Shown here piece after piece: positions 52,144 through 64,000 of a stretch of 64,000 bases of DNA (positions within the stretch are counted from its first letter, which is position 1; each line of letters opens with the position of its first letter). This stretch comes from Psilocybe cubensis (Eukaryota). The stretch lies in NCBI GenBank assembly GCA_017499595.2, contig CM038999.1, positions 2,046,001 through 2,110,000 on the forward strand, in the 5' to 3' direction. The translations under genes were made by a program, and so were the position numbers. A model generated the notes under the pieces. That model worked only from the letters and a program-made list of their open reading frames with translations. It did no database searches and was not told where the DNA came from.

Positions 52144-53036
52144 ATGACCATCAATTCTATTCAAGCTCTCTCTGAAGACATTGCTCGACTCCGTGAGCTC
52201 AAGGAGCGAGTCCAGCACGTCCGTCAGCTGCCCCCGATGCTCGTGAAAAGCACCGCCAAGGGCACAACTGCTGACGCGTTTGCACGCATGCGGGCCCTGA
52301 GCGAGCACTTGGCGTCAGAGGCCACCCAGCGCGCGCTCGTCCGCGCACGAGACAGTCTGGCAGAAGACCCGTCAGACGTTCGGGGCGAGGGGCGGCCGCA
52401 GAGGCGCACGCGGACGTGAGTGGGCAGTAAAAACCGAGCATTGGAAAATGTATGCTGACTGGCAACAGGCATGGGCGGAGCCCAGAGGGTTATGTGGCCG
52501 ACGAGGAAGAGCGTGGCGCGCCACTACCACACAGCACGGAGCCTGGGGTAACGGTGAGCGAGCTGGGCGAGTGGGCACGGGCGTACAACAGCACACACAC
52601 GAACAAAATCCGGATCAGGGGCCGGACGTTGCGGATGGCCATCCCAGATGTGATGACGGTGTACATGGGGATTGGAACGCAGGAGCGGGTGGTGGTGGAG
52701 ACGATTCGTGCATTCGGGTCGCGGGAGATGGTGAGGAGACATGGATTGCAATGGGAGATATTGACTAACATGGTTGTGCAGAGCGATGGACTGGGCCAGT
52801 CGCGGTTCGGGGTGTTTCGGGTGCTGTCGCAGCAGCTAAACAAGATGCTGGACGGAGAGCTGCCGCTGCAGACGGTCGTCGCGGTGGTGGAGGCGTACGA
52901 GAATGTATTCGACAGCCGGTGCACGTGCTGCGGGCGGGTCGTGGGAATGGAGGGAGATCTGCCCGGGGTGGTGCGGCGGTGGACGGGGCGGAGCTGGCGG
53001 GTCGAGCATATTGAGTGTGCGATCGGAGGTGACTAG
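52144..53036 (+). CDS. MED27: Mediator complex subunit 27-like (multi-exon)
   Basis: AFG.RE.....S.F.VF..LSQ, Y..VF...C..CGR......LP.V.R.W......VEH..C zinc-binding tail. Confidence 0.75.
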
Positions 53037-53198
53037 TGACTGATCGGGGGTGGTCACAGTGTGACGCGGGATGATGCAATGATGCACGGCTCTTGTTGTG
53101 ACTAATTGGGCTGAACAACGTTATTCTATTTATATACTGTGCAAGCATCCCCCTTTCGCGCTGCGCTATAAGTCGCCGCCCTGCCTCTCCCGCCCTCC

Positions 53199-55009
53199 AT
53201 GGCTTCCCCAGAACACAACTCCGTCGTCTCCCCAGCAGGCATCATCCATGTCCTCGGCTACACTCCCACAGAGGGCGACCACGGCGTCCCCATCACCGTC
53301 CGCATCCACTTCCAGCCCGACCTCGCCACCGCCATGTACGTCCGTCTCGTCGTAGGCACAAAGGCCGTCCCCACAAAGGTCAGGCTTCTACCATCTGTCG
53401 CCTATGGTCGCTGGCAGCTCCATGCTGCAGCTCCCCCCCTCGACAAGCCTCTCGCTCCCTCTCCAAAGGTCCTTCTCTCCGTACAGGCCCTCGACGACGA
53501 AAACACCATCCTCGACTCGGTCACCTTTGGCGAGTTCACCTATTGGTCCTCCGGTATCATCTTTTCTTTCTCCTTTTTTTCTTCCCCCCTTTTGTCTCAC
53601 GCATATATTCTACAGATCGCCGTAGTGCTGCTGCTTCCTCTTCTCTCCCCAGGCTGCACATCCCGGAGAGTGCTACTACTATCCGCAGGCGCTCAAATAA
53701 TGTCCCTTCTCCTAATGCCCCAGATTCCCAGTCCCAAAATGCGCCCCAGCGCTCCAGCACTCGTCTGCATCGCCGTATGAAGGCACAGTCTCTCATCCGC
53801 ACAAAGCACCATCCTGCCAACATCCCAGAGCAGGACGAGCTTTACGCCCAGACCCCCGTCCTTGACCTTGTCACACCCCTTTCCTCCATCTGCTCTGGCT
53901 GGTCTCCGGCCGAAATCGCAAGCGGTCGCCGTCTCGTCCGCTTCGCCAGGGTCCAGGACGGCAGGCGCCTCATCGTTTCCTGCGAGTCTATTCAGCAGGA
54001 GGATTACTGCGAGAACGACAGCGTCATCTCCTGCATATACCGCAGAGAGTCGGACACATGCTACGTTACCTCTGTCGACGTCATTTACCTCCTCGAGCGC
54101 CTCACCAATGGCGAGTTCCCCGTAGAGGAGAAGAACAGGATTAGGCGCAACTTGGAGGGCCTTCGTCCCACCACCGTCTCAAAGCACAAATCTGGCTTTG
54201 GCGATTTCTTCCAGCTTATCATGGACTTTCCAGATCCAAAGCCTAGGAATATTGAAAAGGATCTCAAAGTGTTTGAGTGGAACTTGCTCGGTCAGGCACT
54301 AGAGAAAATTCTATCCAAATACGTATGTCTTTATCTTTTTTTTTTACTCGCGCATATATTGACTTTATCTTGGCTATAGTCCATATACACCTCACCCACT
54401 CCAGAGTCTGCTCCTTCCGAGTCGCCTCCCATCAAAAGCCCTGAAGAGAGCCCGGAATTATACGCTGTCCAACTCTCCTATCCGCCTCCTGAAGACCCAA
54501 ACTCGAGTCGCTTTCTTGACCAGAAAATGCCCAAGTTTGAAGGCTATCCCCAAGATGACTTTACTCTTACAACCGGATCCCAACCGCATTCCAACCTCGA
54601 TGTCGCCCCGTTCCCTTCTCCAGTAGATAGCGTCGTGACCACCTCCTCATCCGCGTCTTCATCTGCATCTGCCTTTCCTCTTTTCACGACAACGCCTACT
54701 ACTACCGATGCCACGGCCGCCACAGCGTCAGGCGATGCGGTTTGCACAGGAGGGGACACATCTCATCTGTGGACGCCTTCCAGTCACGATTTTAAACCTG
54801 TAGACAACGCGATGCCGCTTGACAATTTTGGGATACTTTCTTCTTACGAAGTTGTTGAGCCTGGCGTTGGTGGCCAAGGTGCTGGGGGGATCCATAGCTT
54901 TGTGGATAACCCAAATCTTGATTTTGGCATTTACGACAACTATACGACGGCCTTTGGAGGCATTTCAGACGACGCGCTAGCCTCGCTTGCGGAGCCATAT
55001 AACATTTGA
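53199..55009 (+). CDS. MedA/Medusa-like fungal developmental regulator (multi-exon)
   Basis: WS..E....RRLV.F.R.Q.G, ISCIY, C.VTSVD.IYLLE.L, EEKNRIRRNLEG.RP.TVSK, FF.LIM.FP.PKPRNIEKD.KVF.W. Confidence 0.85.
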
Positions 55010-55723
55010 TGTCTAGTTCTCTCTCTCATCCCCATCGTCACTTGTGCTTTGTATTGTTATAGTTTTTATGTCCCGTTTCCCTTTCTGTTGCATTTCCCCC
55101 CTTTTTTTTTTTCATCTGGTAAACTCGCGGCTCCGACTGAAAAAGAACATGTTGTATCAGTATGCATTAGCACCCAGTTTTTAGGCATCTCGTGGGCAAC
55201 TCATGATCATCCATCTCTCCATTTCTTCCCGTCTGTAGAACGAATTTCCTCTCTCCCTTCCCCCATTTCTTTTCCTCCGCATCCTACCCCCCTCTGGTCT
55301 TTTGTCGTTTTTGTTGTCCATGTTTTTATTGGTATTTAAAGAAGGGTCATCCGTCACAGGGGATTCAAATTTGTGTATTGTATGTAGTCCGTGTACGTTA
55401 GTGATTGTAGTAGTTGGTTACTATAGATGTCGTTCTCTCGTCGTGTTCTGAATTAGAAAAAATGTTCCGAGTACAATGAACAAGGGTTTTTGAGGATCAT
55501 GGAGTTTTTTCCTCACCTCCACTTTTTTAAGATATTTGATAGAGAGTAAGTATTAGAAAGTTGCTGTACAAAAAGCATGATGAAGAAAAATCGACGAAAC
55601 GGTGTTACATCTCTAGAGGCAAACTAGAGGAAAGAGGAACGAAGCAAGAAAGCACATGACATCCAAGAAGAAAAGTAAAAAGCAGCACAACGAATCTACA
55701 AAATTCCGTGCGTTCAACAAGAA

Positions 55724-55738
55724 CTACTACTACTACTA
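55724..55738 (-). repeat. (TAG)5 microsatellite forming five tandem in-frame stop codons
   Basis: The + strand has (CTA)5 at 55724-55738, and its first unit on the minus strand is the DOCK stop codon. Confidence 0.85.
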
Positions 55739-58700
55739 TGAATTAGATCCACCCCGCCTTCCAAAGTTCAAGCTGCCAAATCGCGAAAAACGGCTCTTGA
55801 GTGAGCCAAACGAGCCCATGCTGCCCATGTACGACGTCGCAACGGACGCACCGGACACTTGTCCCGCAGCAGTGCTGTGAATCCCATTACCATTTCCCAT
55901 CCCATTCGCACTGCCTACATTGACAAACGAATTGTGTGGAGACTCGGCGGAGAGTGAGTCCACCCCAGCTAGATCGCCTGGAGCAGATGAAACACCGTTG
56001 ATTCCGTGTCTCGTCAAATGCGCTAGGTGGCGCTGCAGAGGCGTCTGTTTAGATGCGGAGGATGAGTTGGAGTGCGCGTTATTGCTATCGTCTCCAGGGC
56101 CCATGGGCGACTCAAACGTGGGAGTTAACATCGACCGCCCAACGTTTATAGGTTGGCTCTGGAAGCGCGCGGTGGAAGAACTTGACATACTGCGCTTCAC
56201 GGACTGCTCGTATGACGTGGATGGTATGGGGTACTGACTCCCTGATGACGCAGCACCCAACCCAATGTTTTGCGATCGCGTCGACAAAGCGATCGAGTCC
56301 GCGTCTACAGCCAGTCTCCGAATCTCATCGCGGAAGTTCTTTTTGAAGAACTTCTCCAATGTTTCGTGGAACGGAATGAACTCGGGCGGACACAGCAGCC
56401 CGTGTAGCTTCAGACAGCTGTCTATTATCCGCACCTGTTCATCGATTGCCTGCCGCAGCTTCTCCACGAGCTCCGCGCGCTCCGGGTTCCGCGCAATGTA
56501 GTCCGGGCTGAAGAAGATTTGCCGGTACGACGCGACACCAGTGTTGAGAGGCGCGTCGACCGCGCTGTTCAGGCTCATCGCCAGTGCATTCGTAGACACA
56601 TTTTGCGCCGTCTTAGCGAGGGCCTGATATTTGAGGTGCAAGCCAATGAGCTCCTTCGTCTTGTCTTCCACCTCTTGCAATGCATTCTCCAATGGGGAGA
56701 TCTCAACAAATTCGACATTCACCACTTCCGAACGCCGTAGTACAGTTGGGAAAACCTGTTCGGTGGTGTAATACGTCTTTTCCGTCCATATTTCCTCCAT
56801 TCCGTCCCGAGTCGTCTTCCTGATTTGCCTCGAGGAAGAGAACAAATTGATTCCGCTAAAAACATTTTGTTTAATCCCAGATATAAAAATAGATATAGGA
56901 GACAAGCCAACCTATGTTCGTAGTACGTCCGCACAGCCAACGGAACGTCAGGGTTTGTGAATACGGGAAGGTCGCGATCAGGTTCTGGTGTAACAGCTGT
57001 ACATTGAATATATTGATCATTTCCATATCTTATGTCCACTGGTGGTTCACCAGCAGTCTTGAGTAACTGCGACCCGGGATGTTTGTTAAGCATTCGTTCA
57101 CAGAAAGCACCAAACTTTTCCCATTCATATCCACGATACTGCAGAGTAAATTAGCGATGAAACGCGGATTACCCGGATACACCTTACAATGAATCTCTTG
57201 TCTCTGATTGCTGCAGGGAAATTGCCATAAAATGTCACCCGATAGTAGTCTGGATAATATCGTTGATCAGTCACGATATGTTCAAGAAGGGTGGCCTGAT
57301 GTCGTAAAATTTCGGAAAGGCGGCCACTAACACAGTGTCAGTATGTTTCTTTTCTTCATTAAGAAAATGAAATCATACTAATTGAAGGTCACTTCTGCAT
57401 GTTGATACGCCAACTCTTTGCAGATTTCGATTGCGCTTTCCCACGCTTTCCCTTTCCCTACAATAAAATTGTTATACCTAACTCACTGTTAACGTGACCA
57501 ACGAGCTCCCATACCTAGGTAGTCAAGAATAAGAAGACATAAAGTTTCCTTTCTATGGAAGTGCGACTGCTGTGGCAAGCCCAGGTCTTCCATAGGGGGA
57601 ACAAATGAATTTAGATCCCATGCATGTAAATCAGAGTGCAACTTCAACGTTAATGCGGCTTCCACGTAGTTTTGGGATTGAAGATGCATCTTGAGCATAC
57701 AAGTCAGTCAAGGGTATAATGTCTAAAATATAAAGAACGTACATTAACAAGCTGGTGTACATATTTAATGTATATTTCGTCTCGTCCAATGCGCCGAATA
57801 AAATTCATTAGTCTTAACTAATTCTAAACGTCAGAAAAGATCCTCAAGTGAAGAAAGGCAACTCACAGTAGCAATGACTCTATCGTCTGCGTATTCTTCG
57901 CCCTCAGGTAATGCTCGGACACTAAGCAATAGTTCAAGGAAAAGGTCTACTGAATCCAAGAAATTCGACAACTGATCGCGTAGTTGTTCGTCGACGTCAG
58001 ATGTGTCGAACATATGACGAAGTTGGCCAATGAAAAAAGCCCTCGATATGTCGTCTCCCTTGCTGTCTGACATAAACAATGAGTCTAACCGAGTCACCAA
58101 TTCATTCTCTATGCCGTCAAAGTGCTCTGATTGATGGTATTCAGAAACAATCATGCTGTAGAGTATCTGAACGGCGTTATTTCTCAGCTGATCATGATGG
58201 CTAAGACACAAGTTGACGACGTGCCCGACAAGGGCGTGCAGATAAATTTGATATCCCTAAAAGGATGGTCAATTACAAGCAGGTAAGATTCATCAAGTCC
58301 CTTACTCCGTAACGCATGGCAGGTTCTCCAGTTGTCGATACATGCTCCGCTGATCCAAGAGCTTGCCAAAGGCTCAGTAAAATAGCTGCACCTTCACCAC
58401 GGATGTCTCCGGTAAGGCGCCAGACGGCACGACGTTTCTAAAGAAAGACATGGGTATGCTTCGTGTAACAAAAACTAGAAATGAACGCTTACCTGCGGAC
58501 TGAAATCTTCGATCATCAATTGTTCGGAAGAAAGAAGTTTCAACAGCATATGTAGTCCTTCGCGCCAAAGACTTGGATCAAATCGTGACTCTAATTCTGG
58601 AGGGGGTATAAATTCCTTTTCCATGATGCTAGCAATGGGATCCATAATCTTGATCAAGACTTTATGAGCCAATATGTTGATATTCATCCATGACTTGGGG

Positions 58701-61700
58701 AATGCATCGTTTTCCAGAAGAGACGTTGCAACTTTGAAAAATTGGGAAAGAAGCGCAACAAAGCGTTCTCGGCCTTCAATCTCAAGGCTTGATTCCAGAA
58801 AAGCAGTGATGTATTTGATTGGGGATGACAGTATGAGCACCAGAAAGACGACAGCGACCTCGCCCAATGCCGGGTAAAACTCGCCTTCTCCATCCTGCGT
58901 TAGTGGGATATTGCTAACACCAGTGGGTGGTTCAGGCAAAGAAGAGATCAAGGAAAAAGGATAAGATTCAGGGAATGTAACAGGAACGGAAGATTTGATA
59001 GTCGAAGGCGACTTTGTTTTTTCGATGGCCCTTTTCGAAGCCGGGCTTTGTATTTCACGGTAGGAATCAAGCAGTCTAGAGAGATTTTAGCCATCGAAGG
59101 ACAGAAAATAATGAAGCCTCAAACCTGGGGATCAGAGATAACAGCAATTCAACATTATCTTGCTCTTTGTTGAGCGCCGCACGATCAGAAACAATGGCTG
59201 GATCGGTGAGATACTGGTTAAGTTTATCCAACATGACAGCAATAATAGTCACACAGAGACGGATGCTCTCCATCCATGTTACACGGGCAGCGTCACGGGC
59301 AGATTCACTATCATTCGAGCTTGTGTGCGCAAATTCGTCGTACCGACCGAAATGCGGCTTAATCCAAATGACCACAGCTTCAACCAAGAAGGGTCGAGAC
59401 TCTGCATTGTCAAACAGGAAGCTCTTGACAATCTGAAGATACATAATAAGCTTCCAGTTGACAATCTTGCCTTTCCCGACTGTTACTGCATTGGCAAAAG
59501 TGGTAGCAATTGACACAAGCTCTACAGTTGTATAGATCTTGGCCAACTCCGGAAGAATTGAAGTAAAGTGCTGCAGAGCAATTGTCTGTGTTCCAATGAT
59601 GGACGGCGGAGATGAGGTGGACATAATTTGCGTGAAGTTTGAAAGATGAGAACGCAACTCGCGTTTGAAAGTTGTTTCTAGATAGTCCACAGTTGCTCCT
59701 CCACCCATGCCAACTTCTTTAACTTTTTGTAATTCCCGAGACCTGGCAATAAATTTGAAAATATAGTGCCAAACCTTCAGCGCAGCGCGCAGAGGAGAAG
59801 CGGTCTCTGGCGAAGTTGGATTCGTCACCAATCGATTCATGGAATGAATGATGTGTGACGAAGCTGCAGCGCAGGAGAAATGTTTTTCGATATAAACATC
59901 CAGAACTGGCTGGAAATTGCTGAAGCGCCTATCTTGAACTATACCAAGAATGGTTACAAGAGCGTTGAAGACCAAGAGGTCGAGTTCTCCAGATGGATTG
60001 TTTTGGGAAACGAGGATGCCGAAAAGAGAGTCAAAAATGTCTCGTAGGAATTTAACGATTTCTCCTTCTCCAACAAAGGTAAATCTGTTGAGTAATGTGG
60101 ATAGGTGATCCTTATCCTGTTTTTCCCAATTCAATAGCCTGAGCAGGTCTACATTCTGTGTGTGCTTCGTAGAACAAAGAGAGGTTCGAATTGTTAAAGT
60201 GTCCTTCAAGGGCGACGACAGGCGTAAAAGATCGGCGGGTATAGAAACATGCTCGATCTTTTGGCCAGCACTCAGGCGAAAGGGGGAGTTAAGGTATGTA
60301 GAAGGTACGATCTGGCCTAGTTTGTCGGCTCGATACATGATCAGAGTATGGCCTCCGTCCTCGACGAACGCGCTCGCATCAGGAAAAAGAGGCTGAAAGG
60401 CAAAAGCGAATGGTCGATCACCACCTTCAAGCATGTACTTGCTGCTGGACCGACTCGATCGATTTCGGAATGTGAAGAATAAATGCCAGTTAGGAACCTC
60501 ATTTAGGGGAAGCTGTATTTTGATGAGCTCCCCAAACGTCGGTTCGTTGCATCTCATAAAAACCATAGAGTTGAACTGTGTCATAAGAGGTTCTCCACTT
60601 CCTTGGGATATTACATTCTCAATGGTGGTACCATTTTGATCCTTAACTTCCACAGTTATTTGCACGTTGACAGACGGATGCCCCATTTGTCCTCTTGCAA
60701 AATTTGCGACGTTGAGCCTGCCGGAGCCATTGTGCGAAAGAGTAAAATCTCCACACCAAAGTTTGATGTACAATTCATTTCGAGCATCTCCCGGAAAAAC
60801 CACATCAGGGAACCCAAGGCGAAGTGTGTGAGGAATATCCTGTAGTAATGCAGTGTTTTCGCGAACTACTGTCTTCGCATTCCCTCGGAACACTTTAACG
60901 GAGACGGCAAGTCCTTCGGCCCTGCATAAAGCTATGTCAGGTGTTGTCACAAGAATGAACTTGAATTGTTTACCTGGGCGACTTTTCAAATTCCTTTGTG
61001 TTGTTATTGATGATATTTTGATGAATCATTGAAAAAGATGCCTCATTTGTGGGTATATAAATGGGCATGGTATATTCTCTCAAAGGGGTCACATCTGCCT
61101 GTTCAGAAACCATTTTCGCAAGCTGGGTTAATTCCAGGACGGCACAACCAAATGGCCTCCTGAATTGCACAGGTTCTCCGAAGCCGTTGGGTCGTCCACT
61201 ACTCGGACTAACCAAAGTGGACGTCGAAGCCGCGACTGAATCGTTCCAGGTGATGGTTGTTGGCGACAAAGAATCCGTCCGTAATGACGTCTCAGATCCT
61301 CGTCGTCCATCTCCCAGTGCGCTCGAACTCATACTGCTGCCTATCTTTAATGCGCCATTTCGAACGATTCGACAAACCAGATAGATGGGATCCTGGATAT
61401 CAGAAGTCGCGAGATCCACGAACAAAGTGCGAATGCGGCTTGACGGGTCACGAGCCAACACACCATTGTGATTTAGGACAGCACAAAACTCCTCTGTCAC
61501 AAATTGGGTTCCTTGTTTTCTATACAAAGAAAAGAATAACTCGGCCGTTTCTCCGGGGGTGCATGGAGAAGCTACAAAAGCGCGAAGATCAAGGAAAACA
61601 TGATAAAACTTAGCGGTGGATTGTTTGAGAGGATCCTCTGCATCTAACCATGTCTGAGAACGTGAGCGATTTCTGTGATGGAGAAAGTCTGGAAAGGCAG

Positions 61701-62954
61701 AATGGGCAGGGGTAGGTAGAGGGGCTGATGGGACATATTCGGAACTGGGGCCTAGTGGATACGGCCTTGACTCGTCGTAGGTAACATTCAGATAGGCGAG
61801 GGACACCTGCATTGCGTACATACGAACCGCACTAACCCAACTTCGAGGATCAGTTTCTCCTTCAACATCGACAGTGACTAATCCACCCCAAGTTGGATGG
61901 CGTACAATTACATCCAAACCTTGTACGAGGTTTCCACTGACAAGTCGTGTCACACAATCACGTCGCATGTTCACAGTTTCTTCAGCACTCAAAGTTTGAG
62001 CTAGTAGCTGCCTACGTCCTAGATGAAGGGCTTCTATGTGTTCCCGGACAATATGGAAGAGTTTGTAATCCCGTCGAGCCAGATATTGGAACATAAGAGT
62101 ATGCCATTCCCGCAAAGCCGAAGCAATTTCATCTATGATAGGCTGCTGTGCTCCTGAAGCAGTGTCATCGCCTGATTTTCGAGAAGGTCGGGGAGGTAGT
62201 GGTTTCATGACATGAGAATCTGCCGGAGAAGAGGATCGAAGACTGGTAGGATAAACCGGTAAAGCTGCGCGCGAAGAATTGGCTTGATCGGGTGGTGGGC
62301 CTAACTTGAACGATGTTCTGGACACATAGGCATCGGAATCATCTTCCTCCTCTCGCAAAGGCCCCATTCCTATGCTGGCCTTGTCCCTGTTCCAATTCCC
62401 AAGAGCATCACCCGGGCTACCGCGTCCTTGAAAGCCTGACGAGCTACTGGCACTGTACCCCCCCTGTAAAGTACGAGCAAGGTCGGGTAACCTTCCCTCT
62501 GCATCTGATAGCTCATCTCGAACGAAGATGTGCGAAGCCGGGAAAATTCCAATAAAAACTTGCTGAGTCTCTTCCACTTTGACCAAGGGTCTACTGAGTG
62601 AAGTTGAGGAAGATGGATCAGAGAGAGACCAGGTTACAGGTGGTCGTCTCGTTGTGCATAGGACATATCTGGAGCTTCCTTAAGGAGAGTAGAATGAATT
62701 CAGGCGAGTAAAACGCACCCTCGATACCAGATTCCCTCCACCTGATCTCTGGAAGAAGGGACGTATTTTTCGAATGCATAAACTTCGTCCCCAACTTCGA
62801 GACTCACAACATCTTTCATGACAGAGTGGTCATCGCTCGAAGCCTCGGTCACTGTCGACAGTCGATTGCGGCTAGAGTGCCTGGTCTCTCGGCGAGACGG
62901 ACTAAGGGGATGGACAGCATACCCATAAACAATTAGTGGCAAGGGCTCCCACAT
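55736..62954 (-). CDS. DOCK-family Rac GEF (SH3, C2/DHR-1 and DHR-2 domains; multi-exon)
   Basis: SH3 (LEVGDEV...WYRG, GIFPASH), FRRPFGCAV, RNELYIKL, HLFFTF, YIKYVHQL..MH....NYVEAA.TL.LH, YYRV.FYG.FP, F.YRG..WEK, SPLENA, VDAPLN.G...Y. Confidence 0.93.
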
Positions 62955-63274
62955 TAGATAGAGCTAGATATGAAGGAGAGATAGCACCAAAGGGTGGTGC
63001 AAGCTGGAGGAAATGATATTGAGGGGCAAACGGCAGAACGGAGTAAAATATAGTTACCGAAGTGAAATAGCGTGCAATAGAGAAGAAATGTCGTCTAGCA
63101 GCTGCAAGATGGGTAATGTAGAAAATAACAAGGAGAGCGCTCACTGTGAGCGCAGTTCCTAAGCTGGTCAGGCTGTTAAGCGTGAATGGGAGAAGGGCGA
63201 CGAAAGCTGTTGCCTTGTTAGGAAGCGCATCATAACAAGTAACAAACTCAACACCCCGTTCATAACAAAGTCTA

Positions 63275-64000
63275 ATGGCTTCTCTTTCTGACCAAATTGA
63301 CCGTCTCACGCGAAATACCCGTTTGCTCAAAGAAACCGCTGCTCAAGTTGCCCCTGCTGAAGCCAAGCATGCTGTTATCTTCACAAATGCCGTTCTCAAC
63401 ACCCATCTGGGCGATTTGATCAGGGATATTGACCCCTCTGAACTTGGTCTCTTTCGCCTTGTGCAAAATGATACGAGCAATACTTACGACAAAGATTCGC
63501 GCTCTATAACGGAGCCACAAATTCGACGAACACAATTCGTGGGTGCGACGCCACTTCGGAAGAACCCTGCACGTCGCGAGGAGAGGTATGAAATTGAACC
63601 AGAGGTTTATGCCCATGCCGCGCTCAAGTACATCGAGCAGTAGTGTGTATCCTTTGTTACTCTATGTTTCTTCTTCTACTGAGGGACCGCACGCAGTGAG
63701 CCAATTCGGCCAATGCCTCGAGCCTACGATCAGATTGTAACGATCTTGAATAAAATCCACGACGTACGCGAACATATCAAGTCTCTCAATGCCACTCTTG
63801 AACAAGTACGCATCTGGTGTCGTGTTGATGGATTAATATGTCTTACACAGTGCATAGACTGTTGTCAGTAACAAACAACCTCCTCCGAAACTTCGTTTAG
63901 AACAGGAAGAACGGCGCATTCACGAATTAGAAGCTCGTATAGCAGAACTCAACAAAAAGGTCGTCTCATGATGCATAAACTCAAAAGGATATGCTTTGCT
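63275..64000 (+). CDS. SPC34: DASH/Dam1 complex subunit Spc34-like (partial, runs off the window end)
   Basis: MASL...I..L, IFTNAVL.T.L.DLIRD.D..E..LF, ATPLRK, followed by coiled-coil exons. Confidence 0.65.

Noticed and set aside
1-64000. Fragmented ORFs suggesting pseudogenes
   Set aside because: The breaks I examined coincide with splice signals and the motifs continue across them. I saw no clear inactivating lesion.

Overview
Intron-rich, gene-dense eukaryotic DNA. Short GT-AG introns of about 50-60 nt, an STE3 receptor, a DASH subunit and a MedA homolog point to a mushroom-forming basidiomycete (Agaricomycetes, inferred). I can support 20 spliced protein-coding genes: RAD54B-like helicase (partial), GEN1/YEN1-like nuclease, QRI7, HbrB/BIT61, dynamitin, Ntn asparaginase, STE3-type receptor, Pex24-family peroxin, GPI18, a giant DUF3712-type repeat membrane protein, a sacsin-like GHKL ATPase, class IV chitin synthase, CDKN3-like phosphatase, SKI3, LETM1-like protein, a small unknown protein, MED27, MedA-like regulator, DOCK GEF and SPC34 (partial). 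There is also one intron-containing tRNA-Ser(GCT) and a TA-flanked MITE with a duplicated left end. The most notable items are: (1) a 154-aa spliced protein with motifs resembling the bacterial nuclease inhibitor NuiA, 40 bp upstream of MED27; (2) a GHKL ATPase ending in a Wss1/SprT-like HExxH..H motif; (3) the MITE, which looks like an insertion into its own copy; (4) the large repeat membrane protein. Family calls come from motif recognition by eye, not database searches. Gene spans include introns and the boundaries were read manually.
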